The notes under the pieces: generated by a model
The model's input: only the letters and a program-made list of their open reading frames with translations
Databases searched by the model: none
What the model was told of the DNA's origin: nothing
Assembly (NCBI GenBank): GCA_963932515.1
Contig: CAWVRT010000008.1
Location: forward strand, 183-64,182
Source of the DNA: an uncultured Chitinophagales bacterium
Lineage (GTDB): Bacteria > Bacteroidota > Bacteroidia > Chitinophagales > UBA8649
Length of the DNA stretch: 64,000 bases
Direction: 5' to 3'
Translations under genes and position numbers: made by a program
Part shown: piece by piece, positions 9,095 to 17,053 of the stretch
Position numbering within the stretch: position 1 is the stretch's first letter
How the letters are laid out: each line of letters starts with the position of its first letter

Positions 9095-10669
9095 TTACTG
9101 CTTAATCAATATCTCTTGATAAGTCGTATGTTCAAAAACTACTTGTAAAAGATAATTTCCTTTTGTCCAATTATTATGAATAATTAGATTTCCATTACTT
9201 GCATTAACTGCTAGTTCTTTGACTAATTCACCAGTCATACTAAATATTTGTACAACTTTTAAAAGCTGTGTACTGTTGAAATTTATCTGTAATTGTTCTC
9301 TAAAAGGATTTGGTAATAGCTGATATTCCTTTTCATTTTGAATAGAATTAATTGCCGTAGGGAAATTGCAATTAGTTTCAATATCTAAAGTTTTAATTTG
9401 ACCTTCTAATAATTCTACACCAGAAACAATAATTGTTTGACAATGAGCTAAAGAAAAACGAATGTCATAAACACCAGAATCAGCAATTCCTAAAGTGTAA
9501 GAACCATCAAAAAGGCTATTTTTTATTTGTTTTGTTCCTATTATTTCAACTCTTGCATTACTTACGGGGTTAAAAGTAGCGGTATCTATAATACTTCCTT
9601 CTATATAACAAGCACGTTTATAGGTTGGGTTTAATATAAATAGACCTTCTTCTCTGTCTGAAGCCAAAATATTTCCACTTGCTAAATAAGGATACACGCC
9701 CCAGCAACCTTCAAAGCCATCTGCAGAGGAAAAAGGAGAGGTGTCGAACTGACCAATTTCTACTAAGTTGTTTTTTTCAGTAGCATCTACTATAGTTATA
9801 CCATCTCTGTAATAAGAAGTTACTATAAAGTCATTGCCTTTAAAAAATGTATTGTGTGGAATTACACCATCATCCGGGCTTGAACGATATTTATCTAAAA
9901 GTTGAATATTGTTTAAGTCAGAAACATCATAAATATCTACATAAGCACCAGATTTTTCGTCTGTAGTAATTAAATAATTTTCGTTATCAGATAACCAGCA
10001 GTTGTGCGTAAAGCTAGTAGATGTGTTTTGCCTGCCTATAACAATTTGATTTTGAGGATTACTAAAAGCAACAGCTGAAAAATCTCCTTGGTTAATTTCA
10101 GAAGTCCATAGAATATTGTTTTTTGCATAACCGTCATGACAATATCTATCATTATATAAACCATAAAAAGTAGGCTCAAAACGATTCGTTGTATTCAAGT
10201 CTAGCATGAAATCCCCTTGGCTTTGAATGTTGCTACCAAATAAATGTGCAATTCCATTTTCATCTATAAAAATATTATGTGCTTTTTGATAATTGAAAGT
10301 ATCAATCGTTGATCTTTGAAAATCTATCGAGTTAGGTAAATCACTTAAATCGATAATTAGTAATCCACCAGCACTTTCGTTCGTTACATAGGCAAAATCT
10401 TGATAGGTTTTAAGATCTCTCCAAATAGTGGTATCTCCGGGAATGTAAAATAGTTGTGTAGGATTTGAAGGCATTGTAACATCTATAATAAAAGTTCCTT
10501 GTTCACCTCCTATCAGTGCATATTCATTGCCATTACTATCTTCATATCCCCAAATGTCATTAATTTTTTGTTCGAACTGTAAATTGCCTAAGAAGTCAAC
10601 ATTTTTTTGTGCAAATACATTCAAAAACAAAACGGTAAAAAATAGGAAAGTTAGTTGTTTAGAATTCAT
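9095..10669 (-). CDS. LVIVD-repeat (choice-of-anchor-B-like) beta-propeller protein with T9SS sorting domain
   Basis: Signal peptide; repeated LVIVD-like strands (GGLLIIDLSDLPN, GTFIIDVTMPSNP, YVDIYDVSDLNN, GITIVDATEKNN); C-terminal LLPNPFREQLQINF...YLLQVVFE sorting domain. Confidence 0.7.
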   Translation of the reverse strand: MNSKQLTFLFFTVLFLNVFAQKNVDFLGNLQFEQKINDIWGYEDSNGNEYALIGGEQGTFIIDVTMPSNPTQLFYIPGDTTIWRDLKTYQDFAYVTNESAGGLLIIDLSDLPNSIDFQRSTIDTFNYQKAHNIFIDENGIAHLFGSNIQSQGDFMLDLNTTNRFEPTFYGLYNDRYCHDGYAKNNILWTSEINQGDFSAVAFSNPQNQIVIGRQNTSTSFTHNCWLSDNENYLITTDEKSGAYVDIYDVSDLNNIQLLDKYRSSPDDGVIPHNTFFKGNDFIVTSYYRDGITIVDATEKNNLVEIGQFDTSPFSSADGFEGCWGVYPYLASGNILASDREEGLFILNPTYKRACYIEGSIIDTATFNPVSNARVEIIGTKQIKNSLFDGSYTLGIADSGVYDIRFSLAHCQTIIVSGVELLEGQIKTLDIETNCNFPTAINSIQNEKEYQLLPNPFREQLQINFNSTQLLKVVQIFSMTGELVKELAVNASNGNLIIHNNWTKGNYLLQVVFEHTTYQEILIKQ

Positions 10670-10850
10670 TTGGTTTTTTTTATTTGAAAGTAAAAGTAAT
10701 GAAAAAGTGGGAGAGTTGATAATATTTAAAATAGTAGACTTTAAAGGAAAAATAGCCTAACTTTGCTTTAACACTAGATATAAATCGTTAAAGCGAATTG
10801 ATATATTTAACACCGTTAAACCACAATTAGAAAAATAAAGAGATATTCCC

Positions 10851-11579
10851 TTGCAACAAGAAACAAAAAATCCAAGAACCAAATGTTACAAATGCATGAG
10901 GCCTTCAAGCACATGTATTTGTAAACACATTAGTCCTTTCCAGACCAAGACTCGTTTTATTATTTTGATGCATCCCAAGGAGTACAAAAAAGAAAAAAAC
11001 GGAACGGGACACATGACAAAGCTACAACTTGAAAATTCAGAAATTATAGTTGGGGTTAATTTTACGTATAATAAGCGTGTAAATGAAATACTGTCTAATG
11101 AAGAAAGTTCTTCTTTTTTACTTTATCCGGGAAAAGATAATTTCAACTTATCGACAAGAAATAGTTCTGAAATGAATTCATTTATGGGAAATAATCCCAA
11201 CATATTCCTTTTGGATGGTACATGGCCCTGCGCCCGTAAAATGCTTAAATTAAGTAAGAATTTGCAAAAACTAGCAAGAGTGAGTTTTGATAATAAAATA
11301 CAATCAAAATTTATTATCAAGCAGCAGCCAGAATCTCTTTGTCTAAGTACTGTTGAGTCGGTGTATACGGTTTTAAATTTACTGAAAGAAGGTGGTTTAG
11401 AGCAATGCGAAACTAAGAATTTTTTGCTGCCTTTTGAAAAAATGATTGCGTCTCAACTCGAATATATTCTAGATCCAAATAATAAACACTATCGTTCAAA
11501 TGCGAATAGAGATATTATTCCTAAGGATATCTATAAGAAAAATCAGGATAGAAGTGTAATTTTTGAAAAAGAAGCGTAG
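10851..11579 (+). CDS. DTW-domain protein (tRNA-uridine aminocarboxypropyltransferase family)
   Basis: N-terminal Cys cluster (KCYKCMRPSSTCIC) and the DTW motif (LLDGTWPCARKM). The TTG start at 10851 is needed to include the Cys cluster. Confidence 0.8.
   Translation: MQQETKNPRTKCYKCMRPSSTCICKHISPFQTKTRFIILMHPKEYKKEKNGTGHMTKLQLENSEIIVGVNFTYNKRVNEILSNEESSSFLLYPGKDNFNLSTRNSSEMNSFMGNNPNIFLLDGTWPCARKMLKLSKNLQKLARVSFDNKIQSKFIIKQQPESLCLSTVESVYTVLNLLKEGGLEQCETKNFLLPFEKMIASQLEYILDPNNKHYRSNANRDIIPKDIYKKNQDRSVIFEKEA
11291..11371 (+). repeat. Copy 1 of an 81-nt direct repeat (internal to the DTW gene)
   Basis: Aligns without gaps to 14313-14393 with 75/81 identical positions. Mismatches are at 11297, 11331, 11335, 11343, 11360 and 11363. 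Confidence 0.9.
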
Positions 11580-11720
11580 CTGTTTTTTTTTGTAGAAGTA
11601 TTGTTGAAAAAAAAATATTTAAAAAATTAGCTTTTAAATAAAAAATGCTAATTTTACTATAACACAAAATAAAATGCATTAAAACCATTACCCAACATGC
11701 AAAACCAATAAAAAAACGCA

Positions 11721-11738
11721 TAATAATAATAATAATAA
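11721..11738. repeat. (TAA)6 trinucleotide microsatellite
   Basis: taataataataataataa, 29 nt upstream of the ATG at 11767. Confidence 0.9.
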
Positions 11739-11766
11739 CTTAGCACTTTAACTTAATATAGAATTT

Positions 11767-12243
11767 ATGAAACACAAAAAAACAATAACAAGTTTTGCAT
11801 TTTTGCTCTTAGGTTTAGGAGGACTTCACGCACAAGAAAGCCCAACTGCCACAGGAGGTGAAGCCACAGGGACAGGCGGAACATCCAATTACTCAGCAGG
11901 ACAAGTAGTTTACACTACAGCAACAGGAACCAACGGAAGTTTAGCACAAGGCGTGCAGCAGACTTACGAAATCTCTGCAACTGTAGGCATAAAAGAAACT
12001 TCTATTAACTTAGAACTATCCGTTTACCCAAATCCAATAACCGACTATTTAACCTTAAAAGTAGATGATTTTGAAACTTTAAACTTTCAACTCATAGATT
12101 TACAAGGAAAAGTAATAGAAAACAAAAAAGTAAGCAGTACTTCAACTTCTATAAATGTAGAAAATTTACCAAAAGCCATTTACTTTTTAAACGTAGTAAA
12201 AAACAAGCAAGTAGTAAAAACATTTAAAATAATTAAGAATTAG
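11767..12243 (+). CDS. Small secreted protein with T9SS C-terminal sorting domain
   Basis: 158 aa with a signal peptide (LGLGGLHAQ), a Gly/Thr-rich 60-aa segment (ATGGEATGTGGTSNYSAGQVVY...GVQQTYEIS), then VYPNPITDYLTLKV...IYFLNVVKNK...FKIIKN. Confidence 0.75.
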   Translation: MKHKKTITSFAFLLLGLGGLHAQESPTATGGEATGTGGTSNYSAGQVVYTTATGTNGSLAQGVQQTYEISATVGIKETSINLELSVYPNPITDYLTLKVDDFETLNFQLIDLQGKVIENKKVSSTSTSINVENLPKAIYFLNVVKNKQVVKTFKIIKN

Positions 12244-12287
12244 ATTCCGTCAGTATGGCAACAATTAAAAACTAAAAAATCAGAAAA

Positions 12288-14273
12288 ATGAAAAGAATAA
12301 TTACACTAGTTGCAGCATTAATAATGACTGCAAGCGTATGGGCACAAAGCCCCGAAAAAATGAGCTACCAAGCGGTAGTAAGAAACAGTGGCAATGCATT
12401 AGTAGCTTCTCAAGCCGTGGGCATGCAAATAAGTTTACTACAAGGTGGTGCAACAGGTACAGCCGTTTATGTAGAAACACAAAACCCAACTACCAATGCC
12501 AACGGATTGGTAAGTTTAGAGATTGGAACAGGAACCTTAGTAAGTGGTGATTTCACCACTATTGACTGGGCAAACGGCGCCTATTTTATAAAAACAGAAA
12601 CCGATCCAACTGGTGGAACAAGTTATACTATTACTGGTACAAGTCAGTTAATGAGTGTACCTTATGCTCTTTATGCAAAAACATCAGGAAGTTCTATCCC
12701 TGGGCCACAAGGTTTAACAGGTGCTCAAGGAATACAGGGTGTATCAGGTAATGATGGTATTGACGGAATAAACGGTACTAATGGTACTAACGGAGTAGAT
12801 GGTGTTCAAGGTCCTATTGGTTTAACAGGAAATACTGGTGCTCAAGGAATTGCGGGTAATAATGGAACAAACGGACTTGATGGTAATGATGGAGCTGATG
12901 GAACTGGCGGTAATGATGGTGTAGACGGAACTAATGGAGTTGACGGTACTGATGGAACTAATGGTACTGATGGTGTTGATGGTCTTCCTGGTACTGATGG
13001 AACCGATGGTGCTCAAGGTCCTCAGGGTCCTCAGGGTGAGCCTGGCGCAGATGGCACAATAGGCTTGCAAGGTCCAGTTGGAATTGATGGAGTATCAGCC
13101 TATGAAATTTGGATAGAATTAGGAAATACAGGAACTGAAACTGATTTTATTAATTCATTAACACCACCAATAATTGAATCTTTTTGCTACCAAGATGAGG
13201 ATGGTGATGGTTTTGGTGGGTACAATAATGTAGTCTATTCTTCAAACGTTCCGCCAGGCTATGTTCTTAATGATTTGGACTGCGATGATCAAGAAAGTAC
13301 AGCAAATCCTGATGGTGTAGAAGTTTGTGATGGTTTTGATAATGATTGCGATGGTCTAATAGATGAAGGTTTTGACCAAGATGGAGACGGCTGGCCTACT
13401 TGTTATGATTGTGATGATACAGATCCCAATATAAATCCTGATGCTTTTGATATTCCCGGTAACCCTATTGATGAGAATTGTGATAACTTTTTTGAGCCTG
13501 GAGAATGTGGAAATGGAATTCTAGAATTTGGTGAAGAATGCGATGATGAGAATAACCTTGCTAACGATGGGTGTACAAATTGTATTGCATATTTTGATAA
13601 TGATAACGATGGATTTTTCAGTGATGTAGATTGCGATGATAGTAATGCGTCAGTTTATCCTAATGCAACAGAAAATATTCCATGCGGACTTAATAATAAC
13701 GGTACTCAAGTCCAAACTTGTACTAATGGGGTATGGGTTAATACTGGTTCTTGTATTACACTAGCAATTGGTGATGTTTATCAAGGGGGAATTATCTTTT
13801 ATTTGGATGGAAGTGGAGGAGGTCTTATTTCAGCAGAATCAAACCAGACAAGCGCCATATGGGGTTGTTTGGGTACTGTCATTACTACTAGCGAAGAAAT
13901 AGGAACGGGCAATCAAAACACAATAGATATAGAGGCGGGATGTACAACTCCACAAACAGCAGCTGATATTTGTGCAAATTTAACACTAGAAGGATACTCA
14001 GATTGGTATTTACCTTCAAGAGAAGAATTAGAAGAAATGTATTTTAAAATTTCTATATATAGTCCATTAGGGAATGTTGGGAACTTTACTGGTGGTCTTG
14101 GTAAATATTGGAGCTCAACGGAGTCTCAAGGAGATTGCTTTGACTCACAAGGAGTTATTTATCCTTGTGGTACGGCGACTGCCTGGTGTCGAAGATTTGG
14201 TAATACTAGTGGTTGGCAGAGCTCGGACTCTAAGGACATCCAAATGTTGGTTAGGGCTATTCGTTCTTTCTAA
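12288..14273 (+). CDS. Secreted collagen-like / MopE-type Cys-rich / DUF1566 (Lcl C-terminal type) mosaic protein
   Basis: Signal peptide (ASVWAQ) and a ~115-aa N-terminal domain, then 43 uninterrupted G-X-Y triplets and a SAYEIW motif. These are followed by Asp/Cys-rich repeats (DCDDQESTANPDGVEVCDGFDNDCDGLIDEG; CGNGILEFGEECDDENNLANDGCTNC). A DUF1566-like end follows (GGIIFYLDG...YSDWYLPSREELEEMY...YWSSTE). There is no T9SS sorting tail. Confidence 0.8.
   Translation: MKRIITLVAALIMTASVWAQSPEKMSYQAVVRNSGNALVASQAVGMQISLLQGGATGTAVYVETQNPTTNANGLVSLEIGTGTLVSGDFTTIDWANGAYFIKTETDPTGGTSYTITGTSQLMSVPYALYAKTSGSSIPGPQGLTGAQGIQGVSGNDGIDGINGTNGTNGVDGVQGPIGLTGNTGAQGIAGNNGTNGLDGNDGADGTGGNDGVDGTNGVDGTDGTNGTDGVDGLPGTDGTDGAQGPQGPQGEPGADGTIGLQGPVGIDGVSAYEIWIELGNTGTETDFINSLTPPIIESFCYQDEDGDGFGGYNNVVYSSNVPPGYVLNDLDCDDQESTANPDGVEVCDGFDNDCDGLIDEGFDQDGDGWPTCYDCDDTDPNINPDAFDIPGNPIDENCDNFFEPGECGNGILEFGEECDDENNLANDGCTNCIAYFDNDNDGFFSDVDCDDSNASVYPNATENIPCGLNNNGTQVQTCTNGVWVNTGSCITLAIGDVYQGGIIFYLDGSGGGLISAESNQTSAIWGCLGTVITTSEEIGTGNQNTIDIEAGCTTPQTAADICANLTLEGYSDWYLPSREELEEMYFKISIYSPLGNVGNFTGGLGKYWSSTESQGDCFDSQGVIYPCGTATAWCRRFGNTSGWQSSDSKDIQMLVRAIRSF
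12702..13088 (+). repeat. Collagen-like Gly-X-Y coding repeat (43 triplets)
   Basis: GPQ GLT GAQ GIQ ... GLQ GPV GID, counted by hand from the translation (aa 139-267). It is Thr/Asp/Asn-rich and Pro-poor. Confidence 0.9.
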
Positions 14274-14312
14274 ATAAAACACTGAAATTGAAACCACTAA
14301 GACTAGTTAAAT

Positions 14313-14393
14313 TAATAATATACAATCAAAATTTATTATCAAGCAGCAGCCAAAATTTCTTTGTGTAAGTACTGTTGAGTCTGTATATACGGT
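14313..14393 (+). pseudogene. Relic fragment of a DTW-domain gene (copy 2 of the 81-nt repeat)
   Basis: Translates in frame to NNIQSKFIIKQQPKFLCVSTVESVYTV, versus NKIQSKFIIKQQPESLCLSTVESVYTV in the intact gene. No start codon and no flanking homology. Confidence 0.85.
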
Positions 14394-14394
14394 A

Positions 14395-14420
14395 AAAGCC
14401 TCCAGTTTGGAGGCTTTTCT
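14395..14420 (+). terminator. Intrinsic terminator
   Basis: Stem aaagcctcc (14395-14403) / ggaggcttt (14409-14417) with a 5-nt loop, then T-rich sequence. It starts 2 nt after the DTW relic, about 120 nt after the stop of 12288-14273. Confidence 0.8.
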
Positions 14421-14477
14421 TGCTTAAAATTTAGAAAATATTTAGTTTTAGTTAAAGCGTAATTATAAGCATCAGGC

Positions 14478-14762
14478 TTATTCAAAATCAACTAATCCAA
14501 ACATTCCATCATTCAACCAAAGCTTTCCTTTTTTAATTTCTAGCGGCCCTTCTATATTGTTAGTATATAAACTGCCAGTTCCTAAGCCTTAGTACATTTT
14601 AGTTTCTTGGCAAGCCGTCCATTGTGCTATGGTGTTTAAACCAATATTACTTTCTAAAGCAGAAGTTGCCCACCAATCTATTCCTAATTGATTTTCAATA
14701 ATAAGCCATTCTTCACTCGCTTGAAACCCACCAAGCAAAATTTTGAGAATAAAGAAAGATAA
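14478..14762 (-). pseudogene. Relic of the C-terminal third of an o-succinylbenzoate synthase / enolase-superfamily gene
   Basis: The minus-strand frame reads ILKILLGGFQASEEWLIIENQLGIDWWATSALESNIGLNTIAQWTACQETKMY*GLGTGSLYTNNIEGPLEIKKGKLWLNDGMFGLVDFE*. There is an in-frame TAA at 14589-14591 and no N-terminal two-thirds, because a stop lies at 14763-14765. The TSALESNIGLN...GLGTG pattern recalls MenC-type enzymes. Confidence 0.6.
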
Positions 14763-14863
14763 TTATAAAAATATTTGGCTGGCTAAGTGATAAACTGAAA
14801 GAGCAGCGTTTCAAAATCTCCTACGTTTTTTAGCCTAAACGTTATAGTATAACTCAAATAAAA

Positions 14864-15148
14864 TCAATGTCTTTCCAAACTCCAAGCCTCAGGCTTCCCA
14901 TCAAACTTCAATTTAACGGTAGACCAAATATTTCTAAAAAAATCTGATTTTCTGTATAGTTCTAAATAAGATTCATCTTGCCAGTGACTATAAGTAAAGA
15001 ATTGGTTTGGATTGGTTTTATCTCTCAATAATTCTAAATGCGTACAACCGTCAAAAGAAGCAATAAAGGCTTTTTGTTTTTTAAAAACAGCTAAAAAGCT
15101 TTCAATTTCTTGACTCTTAAAAGTCATCTTTACTATTCTTGTAATCAT
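14864..15148 (-). CDS. Antibiotic-biosynthesis-monooxygenase (ABM) domain protein
   Basis: 94 aa with a ferredoxin-like ABM pattern (IVKMTFKS...FLAVFKK...GCTHLELLRD...FFTYSHWQDESYLELY). Confidence 0.65.
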   Translation of the reverse strand: MITRIVKMTFKSQEIESFLAVFKKQKAFIASFDGCTHLELLRDKTNPNQFFTYSHWQDESYLELYRKSDFFRNIWSTVKLKFDGKPEAWSLERH

Positions 15149-15167
15149 TTAAAAAATTTGCAAAGAA

Positions 15168-15926
15168 TTAATTTCTTTCTATTAAGATTAATGTACCATA
15201 TTCTAATCCTAATACGGTCGTTTTACCGTCATTAATGGCAATTTCCAATAAACCTGCATCATTAAAAAGACATACAATTTCTCCTTTTTCTACATCTGTA
15301 TAATGTTTGCTAATTTTATTGGTATTATTTCTTTTAACGTGTATAAAAAAAGGCCCGTTTTCAACAAATCTATAAAACACTTCTTTATTAATATTTACAA
15401 CGGCATTGCCATATCTGTCTATATGAATTACAGCAGCTCTTATTATGTCTGGCATTACAGCAGCTCTCATTAAGGAAGCCTTCATGTAAGAATTTATTGG
15501 AGTGCCGAATGTGCTAATGTCATCTTCTTTGGAAGCGACTATTTCACAAAGTCTGTCATTTAACTCGCTATAAGAAAAATCGTTTTCTAGTCCATTTAAA
15601 GTATAAGCTTTAAAGTCTTCATTTGGAAACATTATAGTGATAAAACCATTGTCGGGGCAAATGTAGTATTGAGAATTTCTAGTAACCAATAAAACTCTAT
15701 TGTGACCTTCTTTTAAATTTATGTTCGTAAAATGAATTGTTTTTGGCGGAAAATTTATGGATGCATTTTTCAAGGCATAAGCCGCATTCATTTTATCAAA
15801 AATTTCAATATTATGAGAAATGTCAATGATAGATAAATCACTAGATGCACACATCAACTTACCTTTTAAAGCAGCAACATCAAAACTTTTGGTTCCAAAA
15901 TCGGTTGTTAATGTTAATATGGGCAT
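15168..15926 (-). CDS. SAM hydrolase / SAM-dependent halogenase family protein (DUF62)
   Basis: N-terminal ILTLTTDFG motif, and a length and overall pattern typical of the S-adenosyl-L-methionine hydroxide adenosyltransferase family. Confidence 0.75.
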   Translation of the reverse strand: MPILTLTTDFGTKSFDVAALKGKLMCASSDLSIIDISHNIEIFDKMNAAYALKNASINFPPKTIHFTNINLKEGHNRVLLVTRNSQYYICPDNGFITIMFPNEDFKAYTLNGLENDFSYSELNDRLCEIVASKEDDISTFGTPINSYMKASLMRAAVMPDIIRAAVIHIDRYGNAVVNINKEVFYRFVENGPFFIHVKRNNTNKISKHYTDVEKGEIVCLFNDAGLLEIAINDGKTTVLGLEYGTLILIERN

Positions 15927-16044
15927 AAGATTAGGTTCTTAGTTGTACAAAGAAAATACTATTTTCTTAATTTCGTAATAATATCAAGTGAAATAATTTT
16001 AATTTATACACTAATTTTTTTTCAAACATAAAATAATAGACGAT

Positions 16045-16992
16045 TTGAGCGAGCTGATAATAGAAATTTTGAATATAGACCCAATACAACTTTTAGGGAC
16101 AAACAATGCTAAATTTATAAGTATTAAGAATGCTTTCCCCAAATTGAAAATTGTAAGTAGAGGAAATAAATTAAAAGCATCAGGTAGTGAAACAGGTCTT
16201 GAGCTTTTTAAGGCTAAAATTGACAAACTAATAGAATATATTGTAAAGTACGGGTCTATTAAAAACCAAGACTTAGTAGATATGTTAGAAGATGAAGATT
16301 TTGTAAATCAAATGCTGCCTAAAGAAAGTGATAATATTATTTTGTATGGAAATTATGGAAATGTAATTAAAGCTAAAACCCCTAACCAAGTAAAGTTAGT
16401 GGAAGAATCTAAAATGAACGATATTGTTTTTGCTGTAGGCCCAGCGGGTACTGGTAAAACTTATACGGCTGTTGCTTTAGCTGTGGCGGCTTTAAAAAGT
16501 AAAGAAGTAAAAAGAATTATTTTAACCAGGCCAGCGGTTGAAGCAGGAGAAAGTTTAGGGTTTTTACCTGGAGACTTAAAAGAAAAAATTGATCCGTACT
16601 TAAGACCTTTGTATGATGGATTAAGAGATATGATTCCAGAAGAGAAGTTGAAGCAATATATAGAAGATTATACTATAGAAGTGGCTCCATTAGCTTTTAT
16701 GAGGGGTAGAACTTTAGATAAAGCATTCATTATTTTAGATGAAGCACAAAATTGTACTGTTCCTCAGCTAAAGATGTTTTTAACAAGAATTGGCCCATCT
16801 GCTAAATGTGTTATTACTGGAGATCAAACACAGATAGATTTACCTAAAAATCAAAAATCAGGACTAGGTGTTGCTATTAGTTTATTGGAACATATAAAAG
16901 GTATTTCGGTTATTCGATTGACAGGCGTAGATATATTAAGGCATAGGTTGGTAAAGAAAATAATTACTGCTTTCAATAATTATATAGAATAA
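16045..16992 (+). CDS. phoH: PhoH-family ATPase
   Basis: Walker [14 protein letters not shown], Walker [10 protein letters not shown], and [11 protein letters not shown]. The TTG start follows the ORF track; no in-frame ATG lies nearby. Confidence 0.85.
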   Translation: MSELIIEILNIDPIQLLGTNNAKFISIKNAFPKLKIVSRGNKLKASGSETGLELFKAKIDKLIEYIVKYGSIKNQDLVDMLEDEDFVNQMLPKESDNIILYGNYGNVIKAKTPNQVKLVEESKMNDIVFAVGPAGTGKTYTAVALAVAALKSKEVKRIILTRPAVEAGESLGFLPGDLKEKIDPYLRPLYDGLRDMIPEEKLKQYIEDYTIEVAPLAFMRGRTLDKAFIILDEAQNCTVPQLKMFLTRIGPSAKCVITGDQTQIDLPKNQKSGLGVAISLLEHIKGISVIRLTGVDILRHRLVKKIITAFNNYIE

Positions 16993-17053
16993 AATTATCT
17001 TGCTTTTCTTTATTAAATAATAACTTTGTAATCACCTTAAATACCTTATTGAT

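Noticed and set aside
12822-13070. An 82-aa minus-strand ORF, plus the + ORFs at 12338-12550 and 14074-14277 and the - ORF at 12301-12489, inside the collagen-like gene.
   Set aside because: These are shadow frames of the Gly-X-Y and other coding repeats, with low-complexity Ser/Ile/Thr or Arg-rich translations. They lie entirely within a much longer, well-supported ORF.
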